Shown here: positions 51,272-64,000 of the stretch, one piece after another | Position numbering within the stretch: position 1 is the first letter of the stretch | How the letters are laid out: each line of letters begins with the position of its first letter | DNA from: the human T2T-CHM13v2.0 reference genome, Homo sapiens | Strand: one strand, 5' to 3' | Assembly: GCF_009914755.1 (NCBI RefSeq) | Contig: NC_060927.1 | Length of the DNA stretch: 64,000 nt | The notes under the pieces: generated by a model | The model's database searches: none | What the model saw: the letters and a program-made list of their open reading frames with translations, nothing else | What the model was told of the DNA's origin: nothing | Made by a program: the position numbers and the translations under genes

Positions 51272-51960
51272 TGTGTAGTAAAGAATTTGGCCTTGCCCTA
51301 AATCAGGTCTGGCTTTTGGGAGATAATCTGTTGTAGCTGATAGGAGTGTTTTTCTTGAGGATAGAAGTTGATTTCCATAGTCTTACAGCAGAAGCTGGCT
51401 ACGTTAGGACCAATCATGTGATTTAGGATAGGGACTTTGGGCTCATGGTATCAGTCAACCCAGAGACTGAGATCAACTACATAGGCAATTGACAAGCATG
51501 CCTGCAGAATGAAGCCCCAATAAAAACTCTGGGCAGCAGAGCTCTGGTGAGCTTCCCTGGTTGGCAGTATTCCATGCATGCTATCAAAAACTGATAATGA
51601 AATATGCATGTTGAGTAAAACAAAAACTTGATGTTTGGAATTCTTCCAGACACTGCCCTATGCACCTCTTCCTTTGCTTGATTTTTATCTGTCCCCTTTC
51701 CCTGTAATAAACCATTAACATCATAGCTTTCAGTGAGTTTTGTGAAAACTTCTAGTAACTTTTCAAAACTTAGAGTGGTTTGGAGAACCTCCAAACTTGT
51801 ATTTGGTGTCAGAAGTGAGGGTGGTCTTGTATGGACTCTTCACACTAACTCTGTAGTTGGACTCTAGTTGGACTCTAGCTCCTTTAAAACTGTGTCAGAA
51901 GTCTTGTGCATACATGGCAGTATGTGGACTGTGCCCTCAAACCTAACAGTTTGGCTCATT
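51272..51960 (+). mobile_element. LTR (MER21-like)
   Basis: 'tgtgtagtaaagaatttggcc...ccaataaaaactctgg...gtgagcttccctggttggca...ggtgtcagaagtgagggtgg'. Confidence 0.65.
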
Positions 51961-52560
51961 CTGAATAAATATCCATGGTAATTTTTGAAAATTCTGAATT
52001 ATCTCAGTACTTCAATTTGGAGGGGAGGAGTGAGACATGTAGACTAATGATGACAGATGAGTCTGGAAAGGAAAGGAGTGATTATTTTATGAAAGGTCTG
52101 ACTCACTGTAATAACTAGTTGGAATATATGAGTCCCGAATTTGAAGTCAAACTTAGGTCAAATCCTGACTCTAACACAGGATTAACCAAGGGAAATTATG
52201 TATCCTCTGTTATAAAGTGGTGAGGAGGATGAAGGGGAAGGTATGGATTAGTCAAATAAAGAGCCAGAAGTATTTCTACAAATGGGATACTTGGATCTAG
52301 GACTAAGAATAAATCACCAATAAAGAGGAAAAATTAATATCCAAGAAACTGGTTAATCGTGATGTTTTAATAACAAGTATATACCTCTCCATTATGTCTC
52401 CTACGGACTGCTCATATTGCTAAAATTCATTTCAAATAAATGCTCCTGTTCTGGTGGATTGGGAGTAAGCTTTCAGAATAGTTTTGAAGGAAGATTCCCA
52501 GGAAGTTCTAGTTTGATAGCCTTTGCTAGAAAATCCAAGAAGTTTGCCACCCACTCTGAC

Positions 52561-52863
<303 letters not shown>

Positions 52864-53849
52864 CACTCTGATTATTTAATCATGTTATTGATAAATTATT
52901 TTGCTAATCTGCATCTAGCCACTTTAAGATAGGTTAGATCTATGAAACAGACTGCATTTCCTAGTTTCAGAGATAATCATCTACTGTCTTTTTCACTCAG
53001 ATTTATTTGCCTGTAAACAAATGCCGAAGTATTCTCTCTGTACATTTTCTATACAACATGCTCTTATTTTTTCATTGTTGTTCTATTTTATGATTGCCCT
53101 TTAGTATATGTTCAACTGTGAGCTTCCTGCTTGGCCAACTGATGATAGCAGAGCCCAGAAATACTTAGTTTTTGCAATGAATAAAGCTTGGAGACTTCTT
53201 GGATGGGTAAAAGGAGTGGAAGTGTGTGGATAGAGAGTCTGATAATAGGCAAATAAAGAAGTTTTCCTTGGTTCCAGCTTGTATGGTTGAGTAGATGGTG
53301 AAGCCATTAGCCAGCAGGGGTAATACAGGATGAAGTGCAATCCTGGGTGCTCCATAATATGTTCAACAGGCTACATGGAATTTGAGGCATCTAGGTGAAC
53401 ATTTCAAAAAAGTGGTGACAGCACAGAACTCAGGTTCTATCAGAATTTGTAGACAGATAGATTGAGCTCTCTCTCTCTCTCTCTGTCTTACTCACTCTCT
53501 CTACCTGCCTACCAATTATCTATCCATCTATCTCTCCACCTACATACCATATATCTTTAGTAGTATATTATGATTAACAATCATCATTACAGTTTCTCTT
53601 ATAATTCTAATAGTACCAAAAGCACTACTAGTAAATAGTCAATTTTTATTATTTTTAATGACGTATGACTTTACATATAGCAGTGTGTACATGTGTACTA
53701 TTATTTTTTTAAATATGTATATAATCCCTAACCACTTCTCAGAGAAAGATATGAACTACTTCTACCATCCCAGTTCCCTGATGCCCCTTCCAATTCTATA
53801 CACAACCCCTAAAAAGAGGGAACTCTTAATCTTATTCTCTCCTCATCAT

Positions 53850-54750
<901 letters not shown>

Positions 54751-54921
54751 TCATTTATTAGTGTTACTTGTTCTTGAACCTCATATTGAAGGTTCTGTTA
54801 TATAGTCTTTACTCTTTTGTGCCTAAATGTCATTCACACAACATAATATCTATGATGTTCGTGTCCATGTTGTTACACGTAACAAGTTTGTTCACTTTTG
54901 TTGTTATATAGTGATCCATTG

Positions 54922-55302
54922 TGGTATTGTTTGGCTCTGTGTCCCCACCCAAATCTCATCTCTAATTGTCATCCCCATGTGTCAGGTGGAGGAACCTGGT
55001 GTGAGGTAACTGGATCATGAGGGCGGTTTCCCTCATGATGTTCTCATGATAGTGAGTTCTCATGAGATCTGATGGTTTTAAAGTGTGTGGCAGTTCTCCA
55101 CTTGCTCTCTCACTGTCTTGCTGCCATGGGAAGAAGGTGCTTGCTTCCCCTTTGCCTTCTGTCATGATTGTAAGTTTCCTGAGGCCTCCCAATCATGCTT
55201 CCTGTTAAGCCTGTGGAACTGTGAGTCAATCAAACCTCTTCTCTTCATAAATTACCCAGTCTCAGGTAGTTTTTTATAGCAACGTGAGAACGGACTAATA
55301 CA
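54922..55302 (+). mobile_element. THE1/MSTA-type solo LTR
   Basis: TG...CA termini; 5-bp TSD 'cattg'. Confidence 0.88.
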
Positions 55303-55929
55303 CATTGTATGCTAACAAAACAATGCATTGTTCATGATCTGGTTTATTATCCAATCTAGTTTTTGGTTATTGTGAATAAAGCTTCAGTAAACACTCTGAT
55401 CTTTTAGCAGATGTGTTCTCATTTCTCCTGAAATAGGATAAGTATATGTTTCTCTTTACTGAAAACTTCCCAAAGTCATCCAAAGTAGTTGCATCATTTA
55501 CTTTCCCACCAGCAACTCACACAGCATACAGTAAACATTTTTTGAACTTAATTAAATTACTTTTGCACAAACTATATTGCAGTTTTGGACATAAAGTAGT
55601 TTCTTTGTTGGATTTTGCTAAAATCGACTTACCTGTCTACATGATGTTCCTGGAAATTTAAGCAATAAGATTTTGCAAAGAGCAGGCTAGTTACCACATC
55701 CAACATTGGCTATATTATATAAAACAAATGCTCAATCTTAAAAAGCATACTTCTACTGTTTCATAATTGAATTAAAATGAATTAACATGTACTTATATAC
55801 AAAAATGATACATTCTAATACTCTATTATTTTTATATTTAATACTCCATCTTCTGCAAGATAGTATTTTGAGATTGTTTTTTCCTAGAATTATTTTTCAG
55901 CTCCTTTTTCTTCCTCATTTAATAAGCCA

Positions 55930-56360
55930 ATAATTTCTCTCATTTCTACCACCTACTTATGCTTCTTTTCTTTTTCCCCAAGAGACCCTGATTTAGTTTA
56001 GGCCCTCATAATATTACCTGGATTATCGCAATAGCCTTTGAACAAATTACTGCCTCTAGCTTCGAAATTGTTCTCCACATTCTGCCCACCATCTTCTTAT
56101 CTTTTTATAATCCAAATCTAATTTTAGTTCTGGTGAAATGTTCTCTTTTTTCCAGAGTTGTATTTGCTCTCTTCCCTGTGATCTTATTGCATTTGTACAC
56201 GACTTTATTATTACTCATCTTTAGGAAATTGTCTTTGTGTTTTCAGTTTCTAACCTGTGAACTCCTCAAGAATGTGGAGGCTCTTGCTAATTTGCATATT
56301 AGCTCAACTTATTACTGATTCCTGCACAAAGGAGATGCTCAAAATATTTGTTGAATTGAT
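55930..56360 (+). mobile_element. L2 LINE 3' fragment
   Basis: Ends 'gcacaaaggagatgctcaaaatatttgttgaattga'. Confidence 0.55.
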
Positions 56361-57134
56361 CCCTTCTACTAATGAAGATATTAATGTATTAAGGGAATTG
56401 AGGATATTTAAAATGTTCTTCAAATAAATATTTAAATTTCAAAATATCTAATGCCGAGTAAAAGTTTTCCCTATAAATGATGTCATTGGGCATTATATTG
56501 AGACTCTTTCTGTCTCCGTTTCTATAGAGTTTCCTAAAGGCTGAGAACAAAACAAAGAGAGCAAGAACTTGCAACTTCCAAAGTGAGGCTAAACTCCCTG
56601 TACAGACCTAAAATAGGAGGGGCCCAAAATTGACGTTTTGACCATTAGCTTCTCACCCACCTTATGGGTACAAAAGAGTTAAGTTTGAAGATGCCAGGGA
56701 GTTAGGGAAAGAATTGGTTTTTGACAGTTATCTGGAGGAGGAAGATATGATGCTCCACCTCACTCAAGCCCAGTGAGAGGACTAAACTCCACTTCAAAGA
56801 CTAAGTGGAGAGCCTACATGGGTCTGGTGTTGCTTAGGAACACAATCAAATTACCTGATTCATGTCTGAGAAGAAAGTGACTGGAGAGAGTTGGCTGAGA
56901 TGACTTCTGACTCTAGCAGAGAGAGTTTTATAATAGCCATGCTCCCAACAAGTGCTTGCTTTTCTGGAGCAAAAAACCTAAGGACAGACATTGGTGTGTG
57001 ATCTTTATTCATGGGACCCTGTCCAAGGGGGTTCCTGCTAGGGGCAAAATCTGACCCGAGAGGCAGAGGGAGATTATAAATTATCAGCTGAAAAAGAAGC
57101 ACTGTCCTGCAGTAAAGCTGCTGTTGAAGGGGCT

Positions 57135-57315
57135 CAGTCAAAACCAGCTGTATAATTTCTGGGGCCCAGTGAAAAATGAAAATGCAGGGTCTCTTGATCA
57201 AAAATTATTTTAAAAATGCAGAGGCAACAACAGAGCATTAAACCAAGCCTGGGACCCCTCTAAGCCTGTGGTCCTGAGATTCTACATAGGGCTCACACCC
57301 ATGAAGTTGGCCCTG
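57135..57315 (-). mobile_element. MER45-like hAT remnant
   Basis: 'ggggcccagtgaaaaatgaaaatgcaggg...cacacccatgaagttggccctg'. Confidence 0.7.
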
Positions 57316-58855
57316 ACCTGGTTGTGCAGTCACACAGCTCACAAAAGCCCTCAAAAATGACCACAAGAGAAATGGGCAGATTTGAACTACTGCTGCAGTG
57401 CCCCCCAACCCACCAAATGAATGTCAGATTGCAGAGGTATTGGTGAAAGAAAACACCTTCTGCTCTTTACCTCTTTCCTCTTCTTCTCTTGAACCCTCAA
57501 GTCAGAGGCAGCCTTGTGGGAAGAAGAGTAGAAACTTCGTAGGGACATGGACCAGAATGTGTGTGACCACCTCACCACTTCTCCCCACTGCAGACTTCTG
57601 GTGGGAAGCAGACAAAATAAAGGGAAGAAGTTTAACTTTAGGTGAAGTTAGCAATTTTAAGTATTACACAGAGATAGGTGATTTAATTACTGAAATGAAA
57701 CAATTTAGGGGGGAAGGTAACTAGGAAACCTTTCTTCTTTTAATTTCTGAGAATTTATGGGACTTGCCCAAGATTTTTTTCAAGGTGGTGATGAAGAAGA
57801 TGCCAAGATAGTGGATTTGCAGGGCTGTGATGGGAAAGAGTAAAGTACCTTTATAAATGTGCCCAAAAGAGTTCTTCTTATTCACTATAATGATAACGAC
57901 TATTTTTATTTATATACTCAAATCTCTCCGGGTAAACACACACATATCTACACACAAACATTCATGCTCACATATATGAATTGATGTTGAAATATACATA
58001 CATTTGAGGTAAAGAAGTTGAACTTGTGACTTAATTGAGCCATGTCTCTGAAATACATCAATTATAAGCCACAGCAAAAATATTGCTTATGAAAGAAACC
58101 AAAAACAGAATGTGTGCTTTAAATTTTTGTTCTTGTTCTACTTAAATTTGAGAAACTAGGAATATAAACCTGGCAGATGGGGGTGGGGGCATAACTCTAG
58201 ACAAAGTTAGAAATGCAGATAAGGTATTCTGGCCAAGTCTTTAATTTTGGAGGTTATGGTTAAATCATCTGCAATGTACAGTTAAGAAATGTGCTTTTAC
58301 TGCCCTCAAGTGGTTTTAAAATTGTCACTGCAACATTTCTGACGACTTCAAAGTGAATGTTTCAAAACCCTAAGCAGTCTTCACATTTTCCAGGCTATCT
58401 GACAAGGGAATCTGAAATAATAATCTTTTATTCTGAAATAGTTTCTAAATAAGCAAATAATGAAATGGATCAGGTAGATTTATGTTGTTGTGTTGAAATA
58501 TATGCACTAATACAGATTTGTAAAATTGTTTCTCTTCTTTTTTAAAAATGTAACTGTAGCTTATACATGGACTCTCAGCTGGTCAGGGTTTGCGTAGGAA
58601 GATAGTATGACAGTTACTTCTTCTTCTAAATTAAGCAGCTGAAAATTATATAAATATTCAGAGAATGTAAGCTTCAACATCTTTGTAAGTGCTGTTTCTC
58701 TGCTTCCCTTTCTACCTCACAGGAGAACACCTGAGTAGAGCAGAAAGCTTGCTGGGCCAGCCCTGCCTGCTGGCTCTTTGCTAGACTGGGTGGGTGGCCC
58801 ACCGTGTTGCTGCCTTGGCCCCTCCTTGTCGCTTTCGGATGCTGCCAACCCCTTG

Positions 58856-59210
58856 TGATATGGTTTGGCTGTGTCTCCACCCAAATCTCACCTTGACTTG
58901 TAATAAACTCCACGTGTCAAAGGTGGGGCCAGATGGAGATAATTGAATCATGAGGGCAGTTTCACCCATACTGTTCTTGTGGTAATGAATAAGTCTCACG
59001 AAATCTGATGGTTTTATAAATGGGAGATCCCCTGCATAAGCTCTTTTACCTGCCACTATGTAAGGCATGCCTTTGCTTCTCCTTTGCCTTCCACCATGAT
59101 TGTGAGGCTCCCCAGCTATGCTGAACTGTCAGTCCATTGAAGCTCTTTCCTTTATAAATTACCCAGTCTAAGGTATGTCTTCATTAGCAGTGTGAGAACA
59201 AACTAATACA
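58856..59210 (+). mobile_element. THE1 solo LTR
   Basis: 'tgatatggtttggctgtgtctccacccaaatctca...ctaataca'; 5-bp TSD 'ccttg'. Confidence 0.92.
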
Positions 59211-59459
59211 CCTTGAGTCTCAGTCATGCTCTCCTCCACCAGCCCATAGTTTAAGAGATTACTTGCAGTTTCTGCTCTTGGCACATTTACTCCTCACCAT
59301 TGTGGGCCATTCCAGGCCTGCTGGTTCTTGGCTCTCATCAGCCTTCTTCAGCACCCCCAGGGAAGCACAAAAACATGTCTATATATGTTCACACCAAAAG
59401 ACAGCCCATGTTGGTGCAAGGTTTCTATCCTGAGCTTTCCTTTTGCTGAAACCTCCTAC

Positions 59460-59635
59460 TGTTCACATGTTCGCTGATCAGAGTCCCCTGGAAGTCTTGT
59501 CAACACACGTTTCTGGGCCTATACCCAGAGTTTCTGATTCAGTAGCTCTGGGTGAGTTCCAATGACTTGATGTTCTAGCAGGTTCCCAGATGACGATGCT
59601 ACTGGTTCTGGGACCACTTTTTAAGAACCACTGGC
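59460..59635. mobile_element. MER5A-like hAT element
   Basis: 'cccagagtttctgattcagtag...gggaccactttttaagaaccactgg'. Confidence 0.75.
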
Positions 59636-59679
59636 CTAAACCAGTACTTCCTCCAATTGTTCACATAGAGTTACATGTA

Positions 59680-59775
59680 AAATATAATAAAATAGCTCAT
59701 ATTTTTGGACCACAGTTGACCATGAGTAACTGAAACAACAAAAAGTGAAACAAGGAATAAGTGGGGACTACTGTA
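59680..59775. mobile_element. Tigger-derived (MER44-like) terminal fragment
   Basis: Ends in TIR-like 'ataagtggggactactg' followed by TA. Confidence 0.6.
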
Positions 59776-60277
59776 GATGGTTCAAATTTTTCTAATGTGT
59801 AGAAAAAAACATAGAGTAACGAGTTTCTCTTTCATAGACAACTATGGGCACATTTTTGAGCGCACATAAGTTTGTTCAAACAAGTTGGGTAAATACCTAG
59901 GAATGTGATTGCTGATTGTAGAGTAAGAAAATATATATGTGTTTTGTATATACATATAACACATCTTTCTCCATGTATTTGTCTTCTTTATTTTATTTGT
60001 TGATATTTTGTCATTTCCTACACACATTTTCTATACATATTATATTAGATTTATATCTGTGTAGTTGAGCTACTGTAAATGGTATGGACTCTTTTTCTAA
60101 TTTTAATGTTTAGTTGTTTATTGCTGGTATATAAGAAATCAATTGACTTTCAACCTTCTATCCTGTGACCCTTTTATATACACTTATCAATTACAGGAAT
60201 TTATTGTCATTTCATTGGTATTTTAAAATAGAAAATTATATCATTTGTGAATATAGACAGTTTTATCTCTTTCCTTC

Positions 60278-60532
60278 TGATTGGTGTCCTTATAAGAAGA
60301 GGAAATTCAAACACACAGGGATACTAAGGATGCACACAGACAGAGGAAAAAATCACGTGAGGACACAGCAAGAAGGTGGCCATCTGCGAGTCATGGCGAC
60401 AAGCCTAAGAAGAAGAAAAACCTGAAGGCACCTTGAGCCTGGACTTCTAACCTCCAGAGCGAAATAAAATTCCCTTGTTTAAACTACCCAGCCTATGGTA
60501 CTATGTTATGGCAGCCCTAGCTAACAAATATA
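60278..60532 (+). mobile_element. MLT1-type LTR fragment
   Basis: 'gattggtgtccttataagaagagg...ggcaccttgagcctggacttctaacctccaga'. Confidence 0.75.
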
Positions 60533-60534
60533 GA

Positions 60535-61550
60535 ACCCTTAACATATTTATCATAGGTATTTTAAATTTTCTGTCTGAAATTCGAACATCTGTGTTACAT
60601 TTGAGTCTGGGTCTTATGATTGCTTTGTCTCTTCAGACTGTGTATGTGTGAGTGTGTATGTGTGCGCACATGCGTACACGCATGTTTTGCCTTTTTGTAC
60701 ATCTTGTAGTTTTTGCTGAAAGCCAAACATGTTGCATTGGGTAATTATTTTGCTGAAAGCCAAACATGTTGCATTGGGTAATTATAACTGAGATAAATTG
60801 TCCTTTACTGTCAGGATTTACATTAATCTGGCTGGAATCTAGGCTGTGTTTAATCTCAGCTGTAGCTGTGGGTGCCAGAGGCTTCATGTTCTTCTAGTCT
60901 CCTTGCTTTTGTCTTCTTTCTTGACTTTAGGATTCCCTAAGTACTCCTCCTCACAGAGAGTCTGCATCTTGCAGCTCTTTCCGATGTAATCCAGTGTTAC
61001 TATATTGCAGTCCTGCTGGTGTGGTGGTAAAGTGTCAGTGAGGGGATGCCTTCTATATACTTAGGATGAAAACGCACACTTTTAGTCAGCCTGTGTCTGT
61101 GGGCTGTGACTTTCATAAGCATTTCTCCGGTTGTATAGTTTTTGTACCCTCTTAGTTGGGGCAGAAACACTAGAGGGAACTAAAGTGGGAGGAATGCTTT
61201 TTTCCAGCTTGGATAAGGCTCAGGTAAAGTCCTTTTATCTGCAGCGTAGTCCATTATGGAGGAGGCTGTGGGTATATTTTACATTGACTAGTTTTTCTTT
61301 CCCCTGCTAGTGCCACAAGGGAAACTTTCATGAATATTTACCATGAGAACCTGGAGGGGTTCCCAGAGGTAAAAACCCATAAAATTGTTGAAGCCTCTCT
61401 AAGATTGGGACCTCTAGGAGTTTTTTGCTCTCAAATAATCCATACTCAACCTCTAGGAATTTGTTAAAATTAATATTTTAGTTTTTCTGCCAGCTTATGG
61501 TGCTAATGGCTTCTGCTCCAGATAAGTTGCTCCACTGTGACTGTCTGGAT
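60535..61550 (-). mobile_element. Old L1M fragment
   Basis: 'ttcgaacatctgtgttacatttgagtctgggtc...' and downstream L1M-like text, resuming after the LTR at ~62010. Confidence 0.55.
60711..60784. repeat. Perfect 37-bp tandem duplication
   Basis: 'ttttgctgaaagccaaacatgttgcattgggtaatta' at 60711 and 60748. Confidence 0.92.
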
Positions 61551-61554
61551 TCAC

Positions 61555-62012
61555 GTATGTATTATTTTTCTACTGACCACTATAGCAAATTACTACAAAC
61601 TTGGTGTCTTAAAACAACACAAATATATTATCTTAAAATTCTAGAAGTCAGAAGTCTGAAATCGTTTACATCAAGCTAAAATCAATTAGTCAGCAGGGCT
61701 ATGTTCCTTCTGGATGCTCTAAGGGAGAATTCATTTTCTTGCGTTTTCCATGCATTAATATAAGGCCAAGCACTTTTCAAACTGGTATCACAATAGTTCT
61801 CTTCTGCTACCCCTTCCAAATTTGAAGACCGTTATAATTATATTGGGTCCAACTAATATTGCAAGATAATCTCCCTGTTTAAATATCAGTTGATTAGCAA
61901 CCATAATTCCATCTACTACTTTAATTCCTCTTTTCTTTGTCATATAGCATATTCATAGAATCCAAGGATTACGACTTGGATTTCTCTTCAGCCATTATTT
62001 TGCCTATCACTG
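61555..62012 (-). mobile_element. MLT1-type LTR
   Basis: 'caaacttggtgtcttaaaacaacacaaat...gcagggctatgttccttctgg...ccattattttgcctatcac'. Confidence 0.75.
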
Positions 62013-62137
62013 CCTGTCCAGATTTCAGTGGCAGGTTGCTCTGAAACCTTAGTTCTTTGATAGATCTAAGAACAGTTGTTGATTCTTAGTTTCTTCAGCT
62101 TTTTGTTATTTAAGGATAGGAGTGATGACTTCTAAGC

Positions 62138-62454
<317 letters not shown>

Positions 62455-64000
62455 TAACACTAGAAGTAGTAAGCACTTTTTCATACTAAATCCAGAGTTC
62501 TTAAATAGCAGTAACTGAATCTCTCACCTTTTTGTCTCTGGCATTTATTAGATGGACAAGTTTTGAGTGAGAGGATGTGGAAGGAAGGTAATCTCTCAAT
62601 TAAAAACACTTTGCTTTAGATTTGAATAACTTAGAGCAAAAGATGGAATATAATAGATTGACATTTCACAGAGGTGTCTAAGTAGTCCTTTGAAAATAAA
62701 TGAGGACAATTACAGTAGATACAAAGAAGACTGTCACTGGATTATGATTTGAAAGCTGTGCCCTGTATCCGGTGAAGTTTCTCTTTAAAGAACATTTTGT
62801 GCTTCATCAAAACCAAACCAAATCTAGTCAATCCTATTTCAATTAATTTGGTTAGCCATGAATTTTTTTTTTAAATAACACCTAGAACACATTATTCTAG
62901 GGCTACTAAAATATACATGTACATCACTTAAACTACTTTCTTTCCATCATCAAAGAGTATGCTTAAATACAACTCCAAAGCCAAGGGTTTAATCCTAATC
63001 TTTTAGAAATTTTTTTTTAAGTTTTGAAAATTACCTACATATTATGATTTCCTAGATATTGTTGATGAAATGTAAATGATGGGGAGGACAACCGCAAAAT
63101 GACATACAGGTGTCCTGGAGGACTCCACGTGACTTTATCCCAATATATGTATGCATTATTAATCACCAGGATCCACAATTTTGTGATCATAATGTTAAGA
63201 CTTTTTTGAATCTTTTGGGCGAATGTTGATATGCATTTTTTATTTCCCTCTAACAAAAAGTCTTAAAGTCTCCTCTCTCTTGTCTTTTTACAGTATAACC
63301 AGAGTAGAATGTGGATTTAGGAAATATGATAAGTTGTATACCATCTGGTTCTTTACCATAGACTATTTCCCATGCTATTATATCAGAGGGCAGAAACTGG
63401 CAGCCTCAAATAAAGTTTGTTCTGTAGATACATTTTTTGGGAGGTCAGATATTTTATTAGAAAAAATTAAATCAGTTTTTAACATTTAAAAATCAGAAGA
63501 TTTTCAATTTTAAAAATCTACATTTTTGGCTTTTTTAACTGGGAACTTATTTCCACCCATCAAGAGAAGACTGATCTTAAGAGAAATGTCTGTCTTGGGG
63601 AGGAGTGCAGGATGGCAGACCTCTTTATTTTGGCAAAATTCCTACCACACTCTATTGTATTACACCCAGTATATGCATGAATTTTCTCGATAGACATTTG
63701 AGTTTGCACTCCCTGACACTTTCCTCTGCTACTTCAGTTACTGGCTCTTATCACTGACATTTAAGAATCTCTTTATAATGGCCTAGAGAATAAAGTTGCA
63801 TAGGATGCCTATCCATGGAAATTCCAATGTTCATACAGAGCTAAATCTGTTCATCAGTGTTTGCAATAATTGCTATGCTTTAAAATTTGTAAACCATAGT
63901 TGAAAGGAAGTCTTGCAGCCAGATGATATCTGACTCATTTTTGTAGTATGATTAATTGTGCTATAAAAAGTATTTTTTAATCTAGTCAGGATTCTTTAGG

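Overview
Human-type (primate) genomic DNA, AT-rich and repeat-dense (Alu, L1, L2, MIR, MaLR/ERV LTRs, MER DNA transposons). It contains one protein-coding gene, the succinate receptor SUCNR1 (GPR91), on the + strand: non-coding exon 1 ends at 13545, exon 2 is 19672-19727 and exon 3 starts at 20379, giving a 334-aa class A GPCR. Nearly all other ORFs in the track are repeat-derived or chance ORFs. I see no prokaryotic-style novel system. Five signals stand out. (1) Exon 1 and exon 2 both end in ATG, so exon-2 inclusion turns the exon-1 ATG into a 4-codon uORF, while skipping makes it an in-frame start. (2) A ~1.4-kb near-identical inverted duplication (27428-28873 vs 37275-38650) flanks ~8 kb just downstream of the gene and has template-switch-like junctions. 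(3) The promoter carries tandem perfect octamer motifs plus a STAT6-type site. (4) A heavily decayed Ty3/Gypsy pol fossil lies at ~47.6-49.7 kb. (5) There are several small retroposition and template-switch scars. Repeat subfamily names are by-eye calls and repeat boundaries are approximate.
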